IMG/VR virus record: IMGVR_UViG_3300050029_000117
Location: 1 to 57,188 of that record
DNA length: 57,188 bases
Source: a virus
Direction: 5' to 3' (one strand)
The notes under the pieces: generated by a model
Seen by the model: the letters and a program-made list of their open reading frames with translations, nothing else
The model's database searches: none
What the model was told of the DNA's origin: nothing
In this document: positions 32,927 through 39,307 of the stretch, one piece after another
Layout of the letters: the number at the start of each line of letters is the position of its first letter
How positions within the stretch are numbered: the stretch's first letter is position 1
Translations under genes and position numbers: made by a program

Positions 32927-33427
32927 TTACTGATAGTCTGCTAAATCTATAGGCATAAACTCTGCGGTGATACTGGCGGACAGCGTGACCTTGGGCTGCT
33001 CTCGATCCATGACCAGCTCCACAGCTCGCATCACGTCGCTGCCCTTGGGCACTACAGCCCCTGTTAGCACGGGTTTGCCGGTCAATGGGTCCGTTGTAAT
33101 AGTGCCGCCGACGGGCTTTCCCTGGATGAAATTACGGGTCGTTTTAGTGGCTAAAGACACGAGTTTGTCCCGCTGCAGCTCGTACGCGTTGAGGCGTTTC
33201 TCTAGCTTTGTACCCGTCTGCGCCGTGTAGCCAAGTACCTTGGCCGCCTGGCTGGGTCCGGCGCCCGCCTCGCGTAGCACGGCGTATGCTGCGTGCTTTG
33301 CTGTAACGTCCTTCCGCATGTGTGCTGGCTTCGGGCTGGAAATGTGGTCATGTGTAGAATATTCTACACTTATCGGATACTCCTTCAGTTTGCTGTCTGA
33401 GATTGAGGGTATTTCAAATAGACTCAT
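32927..33427 (-). CDS. 166-aa HTH DNA-binding protein (early regulator or small-terminase-like)
   Basis: Central HTH AVLREAGAGPSQAAKVLGYTAQTGTKLEKRL. First gene after the promoter at 33454-33482. Confidence 0.35.
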   Translation of the reverse strand: MSLFEIPSISDSKLKEYPISVEYSTHDHISSPKPAHMRKDVTAKHAAYAVLREAGAGPSQAAKVLGYTAQTGTKLEKRLNAYELQRDKLVSLATKTTRNFIQGKPVGGTITTDPLTGKPVLTGAVVPKGSDVMRAVELVMDREQPKVTLSASITAEFMPIDLADYQ

Positions 33428-33453
33428 GGCTGGTTATCCTCCTGATTTGCAAG

Positions 33454-33482
33454 GTTATCACATAGGGGCGGTTGCGTGTCAA
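33454..33482 (-). promoter_or_regulatory. sigma70-type promoter TTGACA-17 nt-GATAAC
   Basis: Minus-strand TTGACA (33482-33477) and GATAAC (33459-33454), followed by AGGAGGA SD and ATG 33427. Confidence 0.45.
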
Positions 33483-33881
33483 GTACCCTGTGGCTTGGGG
33501 TGTCTGTGGCGTGTGTTCCGGGTGTAGCAAGGTAGTCACATGGCACAAGCGGGCGGCACTACCTATGCTTTGATATAAGTAGTACGGTTTAGGGTTAAAA
33601 TTATATGTAACATTTACAGCTATTTACTCTTCTCTACTACTTATACTACTATATACTACTTATATTTTATACTGTAGCTGGGCATATGTTATAGGTACAG
33701 TATACCGCTATGTAATAGCGTCATATTACACTTTCCCAGCCTGAATAGAAAAAACATAAGGTCGCTTTTTAAAAATGGCAGCGCGGCCAATGCTGGCGCG
33801 GGTTTGCGGGCCTTACCCCTTTACATTTGGGAACAGTGTTAAGGTTTAAGGTTTGCGGCTTGGTGAGCATAAAAAGACCGC

Positions 33882-33910
33882 TTGACACTAAATATAGCGT
33901 GTGTTTTAAT
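33882..33910 (+). promoter_or_regulatory. sigma70-type promoter TTGACA-17 nt-TTTAAT
   Basis: TTGACA at 33882-33887 and TTTAAT at 33905-33910, followed by AAGGGGGG SD and ATG 33939. Confidence 0.5.
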
Positions 33911-33938
33911 TAAGTCAAAATTTTAAGGGGGGTGCAAG

Positions 33939-34430
33939 ATGCAAACTGTAGAATGTTTAATGGATACTGTAGCGGCTCCGTTCCGCTACATGAGTTATCC
34001 AGAAGTCAAGCGGCTTAATAACTTGGCGGGCACAAATTACCGGGGGCAAGTTCGAATCGTCCCATGTGTTGAGGGCGCCGTGATTGTCGGCGATGCTCTG
34101 GGTGCTTTCTTCTTGGTTCCGGTGGCGTTGGCGGTTCCGGGGGGCGTGCTGCCGTGCCTGGCTGCTGCGGTTCCTGCTGTGGGTCGGTACGTGACTGAAA
34201 GGGAAGCGCGTCACATACGGGCGGCGGGGTTCCGTTGCAGTGCTCGAACGTATTTTGTTAAGCCGTGGGTGGGTGGTGACGGTCAAGCGTGCCGGTGGGA
34301 TTGCAAGGATGGGTTTTTAAATCATGGGTATGTGCTCGGGGTGTATGTGCCTGCGGCGGCGGGTCGTCCTGCTGGCGGTGGGGTGTGCTGCGTGTCTGGT
34401 TGTCCATTTAGAAAGGGGGTCGAGCTATGA
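33939..34430 (+). CDS. 163-aa Cys-containing protein with two copies of a ~38-aa RY-x-T/S-x2-E...G...G-x-V module
   Basis: Good SD and an ATGA overlap with the next gene. The internal repeat is FRYMSYPEVKRLNNLAGTNYRGQVRI / GRYVTEREARHIRAAGFRCSARTYFV. Confidence 0.5.
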   Translation: MQTVECLMDTVAAPFRYMSYPEVKRLNNLAGTNYRGQVRIVPCVEGAVIVGDALGAFFLVPVALAVPGGVLPCLAAAVPAVGRYVTEREARHIRAAGFRCSARTYFVKPWVGGDGQACRWDCKDGFLNHGYVLGVYVPAAAGRPAGGGVCCVSGCPFRKGVEL

Positions 34431-34801
34431 AAGAATACCCAGTGCTAACAAAACTAGTTCCTTGGGGTGGTCGGTATTTAACAAAGAATGAAATGGTGTA
34501 TCTAAAGGCGTGCGGCGTCAATTTCAAGGGCAAGGTGTGGATACAGGGAAGATCCGGCGGTGCTATTCGCTGCTGCCCGGACACTAACACGCCGTATAGT
34601 AAAGAACAGTACCAATACTTGTTGGTTAAGCGTCCGCGTGCGCCTCGTGTCAAGCGTCCGCCCACCCCTTTTCAGCTGGCTCGGTTGGCTTTGCAGGAAG
34701 CACGCGCGGCGGGCACAGTGATTGCCCATGAGCATTGGAAGTATTGTTCGTCGGATGAATTAAAAGAGACTGGATCTGTTCCGCATTGGTGGTTTAGGTA
34801 A
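34427..34801 (+). CDS. 124-aa protein with a third copy of the same module and a basic Pro-rich centre
   Basis: GGRYLTKNEMVYLKACGVNFKGKVWI. ATGA-coupled. Confidence 0.5.
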   Translation: MKEYPVLTKLVPWGGRYLTKNEMVYLKACGVNFKGKVWIQGRSGGAIRCCPDTNTPYSKEQYQYLLVKRPRAPRVKRPPTPFQLARLALQEARAAGTVIAHEHWKYCSSDELKETGSVPHWWFR

Positions 34802-34813
34802 AGCATGGCAGGC

Positions 34814-34840
34814 GCCCGGCGTGTGGTGAGTCCGCCGGGC
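34814..34840. terminator. 8-bp GC hairpin between convergent genes (bidirectional terminator candidate)
   Basis: GCCCGGCG-11 nt-CGCCGGGC, with no clear U-tract. Confidence 0.35.
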
Positions 34841-34861
34841 ATGTGTGGGTGTGTCACGGTG

Positions 34862-35044
34862 TCACAGGCTGTTGGAGAAGATCCAGCGGCCTTTTTTCTG
34901 TGTGACGGTAAAGCCGGATAGCAGTTGCATGGTGGTCAAGCTCTCTATGTGGTTCTCCGAGTTAATAAAATAACTGGAGCTGTAGAAATACTCGTTGATC
35001 AACTCCTCAAGGGCCGGTTTGCTCGGTGCGCTGGCTAATTTCAT
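34862..35044 (-). CDS. 60-aa hypothetical protein
   Basis: ATGA-coupled to the upstream gene through the conserved junction 20-mer. Confidence 0.4.
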   Translation of the reverse strand: MKLASAPSKPALEELINEYFYSSSYFINSENHIESLTTMQLLSGFTVTQKKGRWIFSNSL

Positions 35045-35250
35045 GGCGTGGTTACCTCCTGGTGTGTATATATGGCCTCTTTGATCAAGTCCGCGTTTCG
35101 TATGAGGCGGGTGGCTCGGCGTCGCATGTCTACCGCTTCGGCTGCCAGTTCTTCAGGCGTGCCGCGTTCGGTGCGTATGGTAAGTGATATATTATCATGC
35201 TCAATGGTGGTGTAATGGCCGGTGGTGGATACCTGGGTGAGCACTCTCAT
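35041..35250 (-). CDS. 69-aa hypothetical protein
   Basis: Starts and ends in the conserved junction cassette. C-terminus ...QEVTTP*. Confidence 0.4.
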   Translation of the reverse strand: MRVLTQVSTTGHYTTIEHDNISLTIRTERGTPEELAAEAVDMRRRATRLIRNADLIKEAIYTHQEVTTP

Positions 35251-35531
35251 GGCGTGGTTACCTCCTCGGCCCGGTGTACCGCTGCGATACAGGTTGTCAC
35301 AAAATCAAGGCCGAATAACTCACCCTCTCCGCTGTCGTGTTCGCGGTGCCAGTCTATAACGTACCGGCAAGCGGCTAGCAGGTCGGGTGCGGCTGCTATA
35401 AGTGCGGCGTCATGTGAGTTTATAACAGATCCTCCCGAAAACCGCATATCCGCTATAACGTGCGCGTTACTGCGTATGGTCTGATACCGTTCCGTCGTAA
35501 CGACGTGCCATGGTCCTGGTGTATGTTTCAT
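35247..35531 (-). CDS. 94-aa phage protein of the MKHTPGPW...AALIAAAPDLL family
   Basis: ATG 35531 forms an ATGA overlap with the pentapeptide gene stop. The TPGPW and LIAAAPDLLAA motifs are common in small phage early proteins. The longer ORF-track N-terminus is rejected. Confidence 0.5.
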   Translation of the reverse strand: MKHTPGPWHVVTTERYQTIRSNAHVIADMRFSGGSVINSHDAALIAAAPDLLAACRYVIDWHREHDSGEGELFGLDFVTTCIAAVHRAEEVTTP

Positions 35532-36151
35532 GGTGTGGTTACCTCCTGTGTGGTGGGTCTGTATATCTGTTCCATTGCATTTATCATTGCCAGTGCCGCC
35601 CGGTATTCCATATGCTCCGGCGTGTCGGTCAATCGTGCGGCTAACTCGTCCGGGCTGCCGGTAAAGCATCCAGTGCAACATACGGTGGGGCCGTCGGTAA
35701 TAAATATTTGCAGATAGTCTTTACGGCTGCCAATCGGGCCGACGGATAAGAATTTTAGTAGTGTATTTTCGCCGTATTTGGCGCCTCTCAGGTTGGCGCT
35801 GTACAGGTTGGCGCTGTACAGGTTGGCGCTGTACAGGTTGGCGCTGTACAGGTTGGCGCCTCTCAGGTTGGCGCCGCTCAGGTTGGCGCCTCTCAGGTTG
35901 GCGCCTCTCAGGTCGGCGCTGTACAGGTTGGCGCCGCTCAGGTTGGCGCCGCTCAGGTTGGCGCTGTACAGGTTGGCGCCGCTCAGGTTGGCGCTGTACA
36001 GGTTGGCGCTGATCAGGTTGGCGCCTCTCAGGTTGGCGCCTCTCAGGTCGGCGCCGCTCAGGTCGGCGCCGCTCAGGTTGGCGCCGCTCAGGTTGTTTGC
36101 ATAAACGCCACATATTACTGCGCCGGTGTATCTGTTTTTAATTTCAATCAT
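35528..36151 (-). CDS. pentapeptide-repeat protein (about 22 tandem A(N/D)L(S/R/Y)(G/S) units) with a Cys-containing C-terminal domain
   Basis: Translation reads ANLSGANLSGADLSGADLRGANLRGANL... The DNA shows 15-nt periodic near-identical repeats across about 35760-36100. Confidence 0.8.
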   Translation of the reverse strand: MIEIKNRYTGAVICGVYANNLSGANLSGADLSGADLRGANLRGANLISANLYSANLSGANLYSANLSGANLSGANLYSADLRGANLRGANLSGANLRGANLYSANLYSANLYSANLYSANLRGAKYGENTLLKFLSVGPIGSRKDYLQIFITDGPTVCCTGCFTGSPDELAARLTDTPEHMEYRAALAMINAMEQIYRPTTQEVTTP

Positions 36152-36411
36152 GGCTGTGTCACCTCACTGTCTGGTATGATGAGTCTGTCCGCGTTTATCC
36201 ATGCCTGGCCGGTACCAAAGCCGGGCATTGGTTGGACTAGCAAGCGGGGTTGCCCGTATGGCTGGTTTGCGCCGGCAATGTAGACCGATACAATGCGGGG
36301 GTCGGGGGTGAGGTCAAGGTCGCCGGGCATTGGAACAGTGAGCAAGCGGACCTGTTGAATGGTGCCAATGAGTGCGGAGAGACTATGGGTGGTTGCGGTG
36401 ATACGTGGCAT
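36148..36411 (-). CDS. 87-aa hypothetical protein
   Basis: ATGA overlap downstream. Confidence 0.4.
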   Translation of the reverse strand: MPRITATTHSLSALIGTIQQVRLLTVPMPGDLDLTPDPRIVSVYIAGANQPYGQPRLLVQPMPGFGTGQAWINADRLIIPDSEVTQP

Positions 36412-36460
36412 GGTTAGGGCTCCTGGCCGGTTTGCTCGCCGGCGTCGGGTTGGTGTGTGG

Positions 36461-36880
36461 TTACGCTCTGACCCAGTACGTTACGCCGTCAAAATCAATA
36501 TCATAATAATCCTGTTTGGCTTCGTCGGCTGCGGCTTCAAAATCAATCGTAATGTGCCTCCATGGCCACCCGCCGGAATTGATTTCTTTGGGCATTTCGT
36601 AACAGTCGTTTATCAGCTCTTCAATGTAGTCTGTAAAATAGCTGTCTCTGATAAGCGTTTCACCATATACCCAGTCTGGGGAGTTTTCGCCGTCCTCACA
36701 TACCCGTTTCAAGGTCTTGTATTCCATGGCCTCGTCGGATTCATTATCTTTGAGAAAGTCGTCAAGCTCTTGTTCGGCTTCCTCTGCCAGTGCTTCGACG
36801 TCGGCTGTTATTTCTTCAAATCGCTCTATTACGTCGCGGCTGTCCATTACATCCTGTGCGTTACTGATTTCTCTACTCAT
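36461..36880 (-). CDS. acidic ArdA-like antirestriction protein (putative)
   Basis: ATG 36880 with GAGGAGAG SD. Highly acidic. C-terminal YFTDYIEELINDCYEMP....GGWPWRHITIDFEAAADEAKQDYYDIDFDGVTYW resembles the ArdA C-terminal pattern. Confidence 0.4.
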   Translation of the reverse strand: MSREISNAQDVMDSRDVIERFEEITADVEALAEEAEQELDDFLKDNESDEAMEYKTLKRVCEDGENSPDWVYGETLIRDSYFTDYIEELINDCYEMPKEINSGGWPWRHITIDFEAAADEAKQDYYDIDFDGVTYWVRA

Positions 36881-36911
36881 GGTGTGCTCTCCTCTGCCCG
36901 GTGGGGCGGGT

Positions 36912-36998
36912 TTATAGTAGGGTAATGATAGCCACAATCCAAAAAACTATGACCGCGGCTATGGCTTCAATAATCATGCGTGCGGGTGTGGGTGTCAT
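36912..36998 (-). CDS. 28-aa hydrophobic micro-protein (MTPTPARMIIEAIAAVIVFWIVAIITLL)
   Basis: ATGA overlap with the stop of gene 36995..37627. Single TM-like stretch. Below the ORF-track cutoff. Confidence 0.3.
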   Translation of the reverse strand: MTPTPARMIIEAIAAVIVFWIVAIITLL

Positions 36999-37627
36999 AC
37001 GCGGTCGCCTCCGGCGGTGTACTCTGCGTCGTCGTTCTCCAAGTAGTCGCGGGCGTTTTCTTCGCTGGTGTCGTAGTCGTAAGACGTTTCTAGCTCGCTG
37101 TAAATCCAGTCTGCAAAATCACGCAGGGCTTGTGTGATTGCGTCCTCCTGGTCGTGGGTAACGTCCGCGTCGTCGGTGCGTTCAACGTCAACGGACATAC
37201 AGCCAGAATGATAATAATGTCCTCGCTGGGTGGTGCGTGCGGTCAAGCGGTAAAACGCGGTGCATTGGGCGTCCTGCAGGTCTTTTACAATCTGGTGTAA
37301 TGTGGTGTCTTGTGGGGCGTGTGCTTTGACTGCGGCAAGGGCTCCGGGTTTGTAGCTGTAGCGTCCCTCAAAACATGCGCCGTCGCCCTGGCTGCAAAAA
37401 CCGCTATAATAGATGTTGGGTGAGTAATTGCCTGACTTGCTGCGTCGGGTGTTAATGTCGAGACCAAAAAGATCCGCTATTTCTGCGGCGTTCTCATAAA
37501 CAAATTCTGCACTGTCGAAAAACTCTCCCGCCTGCTGTTGGTAACGCTCTATCACTTCGGCTTGTACCTCGGGCTGCAGCTCTTTGAACGTGTAAACCTC
37601 GTACGTATCTGTCTGTGTCCTGCTCAT
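36995..37627 (-). CDS. 210-aa acidic hypothetical protein (SQGDGA motif; anti-defence or DNA-mimic candidate)
   Basis: ATGA-coupled upstream, with an acidic C-terminal third. No confident family assignment. Confidence 0.4.
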   Translation of the reverse strand: MSRTQTDTYEVYTFKELQPEVQAEVIERYQQQAGEFFDSAEFVYENAAEIADLFGLDINTRRSKSGNYSPNIYYSGFCSQGDGACFEGRYSYKPGALAAVKAHAPQDTTLHQIVKDLQDAQCTAFYRLTARTTQRGHYYHSGCMSVDVERTDDADVTHDQEDAITQALRDFADWIYSELETSYDYDTSEENARDYLENDDAEYTAGGDRV

Positions 37628-37770
37628 ACTGTCCCCCTTAGCCGGTGGGCTTGTTGGATTGTGGCCGGGTTGCGGCCTGGTTTGTTCACTGCGTTGTCAA
37701 CGGCTGCCCGCATGGCCTGCAAGCCTCCTGCCTGGTATGCTTGGTTGAGTAAGCGGTCAATGGGTCTCAT
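37624..37770 (-). CDS. 48-aa hypothetical protein
   Basis: ATGA-coupled at both ends. Below the ORF-track cutoff. Confidence 0.35.
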   Translation of the reverse strand: MRPIDRLLNQAYQAGGLQAMRAAVDNAVNKPGRNPATIQQAHRLRGTV

Positions 37771-38018
37771 GGTGTGCATCCTCTCCTGTAGCTAGTCTGC
37801 GCCCATTGGCTGCCGTGGTGCAATCCGCACATACAGCCGGATATCCCACACATGTGACGGCTGAGGCGGGCGCACTGGTTATTAGTCAATATCCCAGGCT
37901 CTAAAATCCAGCCGGCCGATTCGGTACTGTGGGTTGGTACGTCTGCGGGGTCAATTTGCAGGCGGATCGCCGGGGCGTTGTGAAATCCCCCCCATATTTC
38001 GATGGTGGCTTTTTTCAT
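37767..38018 (-). CDS. 83-aa Cys-rich hypothetical protein
   Basis: AAGGAGG SD upstream of ATG 38018. Confidence 0.45.
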   Translation of the reverse strand: MKKATIEIWGGFHNAPAIRLQIDPADVPTHSTESAGWILEPGILTNNQCARLSRHMCGISGCMCGLHHGSQWAQTSYRRGCTP

Positions 38019-38064
38019 AGTGTGGCCTCCTTGGTATATGTGGTTACAGGTAATCGGTATTGTA

Positions 38065-38187
38065 GGTCAATTCAGCACTGCCCGGTGTGCGGGTCAATGG
38101 TTGCCTGTATTCGGTTATCAAAGGGCGGTGGTGGTCAATGTGTGCTGCATCTGGGTCAACTATGCACTATAGGCGGTAGGGGGTCAA
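38065..38187. repeat. five direct copies of GGTCAA (minus strand TTGACC) within 123 bp
   Basis: Copies start at 38065, 38092, 38133, 38154 and 38182, all in the same orientation, in a non-coding gap. The last copy forms TTGACC-17 nt-CATAGT on the minus strand. Confidence 0.7.
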
Positions 38188-38234
38188 CAAAAATAATTGC
38201 ATACGTATATTATAATTATTTAATGAGAATAAAC

Positions 38235-38308
38235 TGACGGCCGGGGCTCTCCTCCTGGAGCATGACGGCCGGGGCTCTCCTCCTGGAGCATGACGGCCGG
38301 GGCTCTCC
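38235..38308. repeat. 28-bp tandem repeat, 2.6 copies (TGACGGCCGGGGCTCTCCTCCTGGAGCA)
   Basis: Two exact units (38235-38262 and 38263-38290) plus an 18-bp partial unit. The unit length is not a multiple of 3. Preceded by an AT-rich tract at 38188-38233. Confidence 0.9.
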
Positions 38309-38478
38309 ATCACCTCCCAGTGTGGTGCCCCCCTACGCCCTATAGCCCCCTTATAAAAGACCCGACCGGCCCGAGCGGCCAAATTTCGCCCCGGTATTTC
38401 CGGCTGGGGTATCGAATTGGTTTGGCATTTTTCATATAATAGAATTGAATCATTTTTCGATTTGACAGGTTTTTCCGC

Positions 38479-38512
38479 TTGACAAGGGGGCCAACGGTGG
38501 CTAGTGTATGCT
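38479..38512 (+). promoter_or_regulatory. promoter-like element: TTGACA-17 nt-TAGTGT, or -22 nt-TATGCT
   Basis: TTGACA at 38479-38484. It contains the conserved 20-mer. Spacing differs from the copy at 5335. Confidence 0.3.
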
Positions 38513-38515
38513 ACA
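38496..38515 (+). repeat. 20-bp exact repeat GGTGGCTAGTGTATGCTACA (copy 2)
   Basis: Identical to 5347..5366. Confidence 0.85.
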
Positions 38516-39307
38516 CAGGAGGGCGAGACTATGCCAACTATGGTTAAAGAATGTCTGTGGTGTAAGGCAAATTACGAGTGGATAGCCAGTGCCGTGGTAG
38601 AGGGGGTCACATCGGGGGTTTGCCCGGTATGTGTGGAGGATGGATTTACAGGAATGGTGGGTGTGAGCCAGGCGGATCTGGCAGCACTGAGGGAGCGGGT
38701 GGGTGCATGCGGGTAGCGAGTAAGTACGCAGCAGGTACTCCATGAGAGCTACGGGTTTTTGGGTGGGGTGTACCCGCGCCGGGTCGTCGTTGTTCATTAC
38801 GGGTATTTCTATTATGCTGCGCGGGTAACGGACGGTCTGACCGCCGTATTCAGTAGCTGCTGAGGCACCATAACAATCAGACTGCTTACCCCGTTTGGCG
38901 TAATTTCCAGGGGCGTGCCCTCCTGTCATCTGCGGGTGATAGTCCGGTTGGCCGAATGAGAATAGCAGCACATCCTCGTGGTATCGCATTGGTTTACGTT
39001 TTGAGTTGAGGTGCCCAGATCCTTTATTCTTACCCCACACCCACTCATACCTGAATACAGGTAGATTGCTGGCGACCAGCACACTGGTAAATGGTTGGCA
39101 GGCGGTCAGTACGATAGCAGCGTTCGGTTTACAGACTCGGCGGTATTGTGACCATAGCGACGGTAGATCAATCACCGTGTCCCACTTGCAGGCGGTCGTG
39201 CCATATGGTAAGTCTGCCATAACCATATCCACCGAGCCGTCCGGTATCTCGGACATCACATCCAAGCAGTCGCCCTCGTATAACGTATGCGGTCCGAGTT
39301 TAACCAC
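38501..39307 (-). pseudogene. N6/N4 DNA methyltransferase (beta class) lacking the C-terminal AdoMet-binding motif I; truncated
   Basis: GTG 39307 start. Motifs present: LYEGDCLDVM, SVDMVMADLPYG (DPPY-type), HPTQKPVALMEYLLRTYS. After ...TYSLP (about 38712) the expected ...LDPFxGSGTT motif is replaced by unrelated sequence that is antisense to the small + ORF. Confidence 0.55.
38531..38716 (+). CDS. 61-aa zinc-ribbon protein (CxxC...CxxC), encoded antisense to the 3' end of the methyltransferase ORF
   Basis: AGGAGGG SD 8 nt upstream. MPTMVKECLWCKANYEW...GVCPVCVEDG. Confidence 0.45.
   Translation: MPTMVKECLWCKANYEWIASAVVEGVTSGVCPVCVEDGFTGMVGVSQADLAALRERVGACG

Noticed and set aside
34040-34070. 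tRNA-like GTTCGAATC (T-loop-like) sequence
   Set aside because: The flanking bases do not form a T-stem or acceptor stem, and the sequence lies inside a well-supported + strand ORF.
35721-36113. ORFs 35721..36113 (-), 35761..36012 (+) and 35778..36104 (+), with ERRQP / WRCTG / LAPLR repeats
   Set aside because: These are alternative-frame and antisense readings of the 15-nt periodic pentapeptide-repeat DNA. Only the ANLxG frame continues into a non-repetitive domain and is ATGA-coupled.
38235-38308. Possible CRISPR array
   Set aside because: The repeats are directly tandem with no spacers, there are only 2.6 copies, and no cas genes are present.
38167-38382. 71-aa minus-strand ORF across the 28-bp tandem repeats
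   Set aside because: The repeat unit is 28 bp, not a multiple of 3, so successive units are read in different frames. There is no SD, so the region is treated as non-coding.
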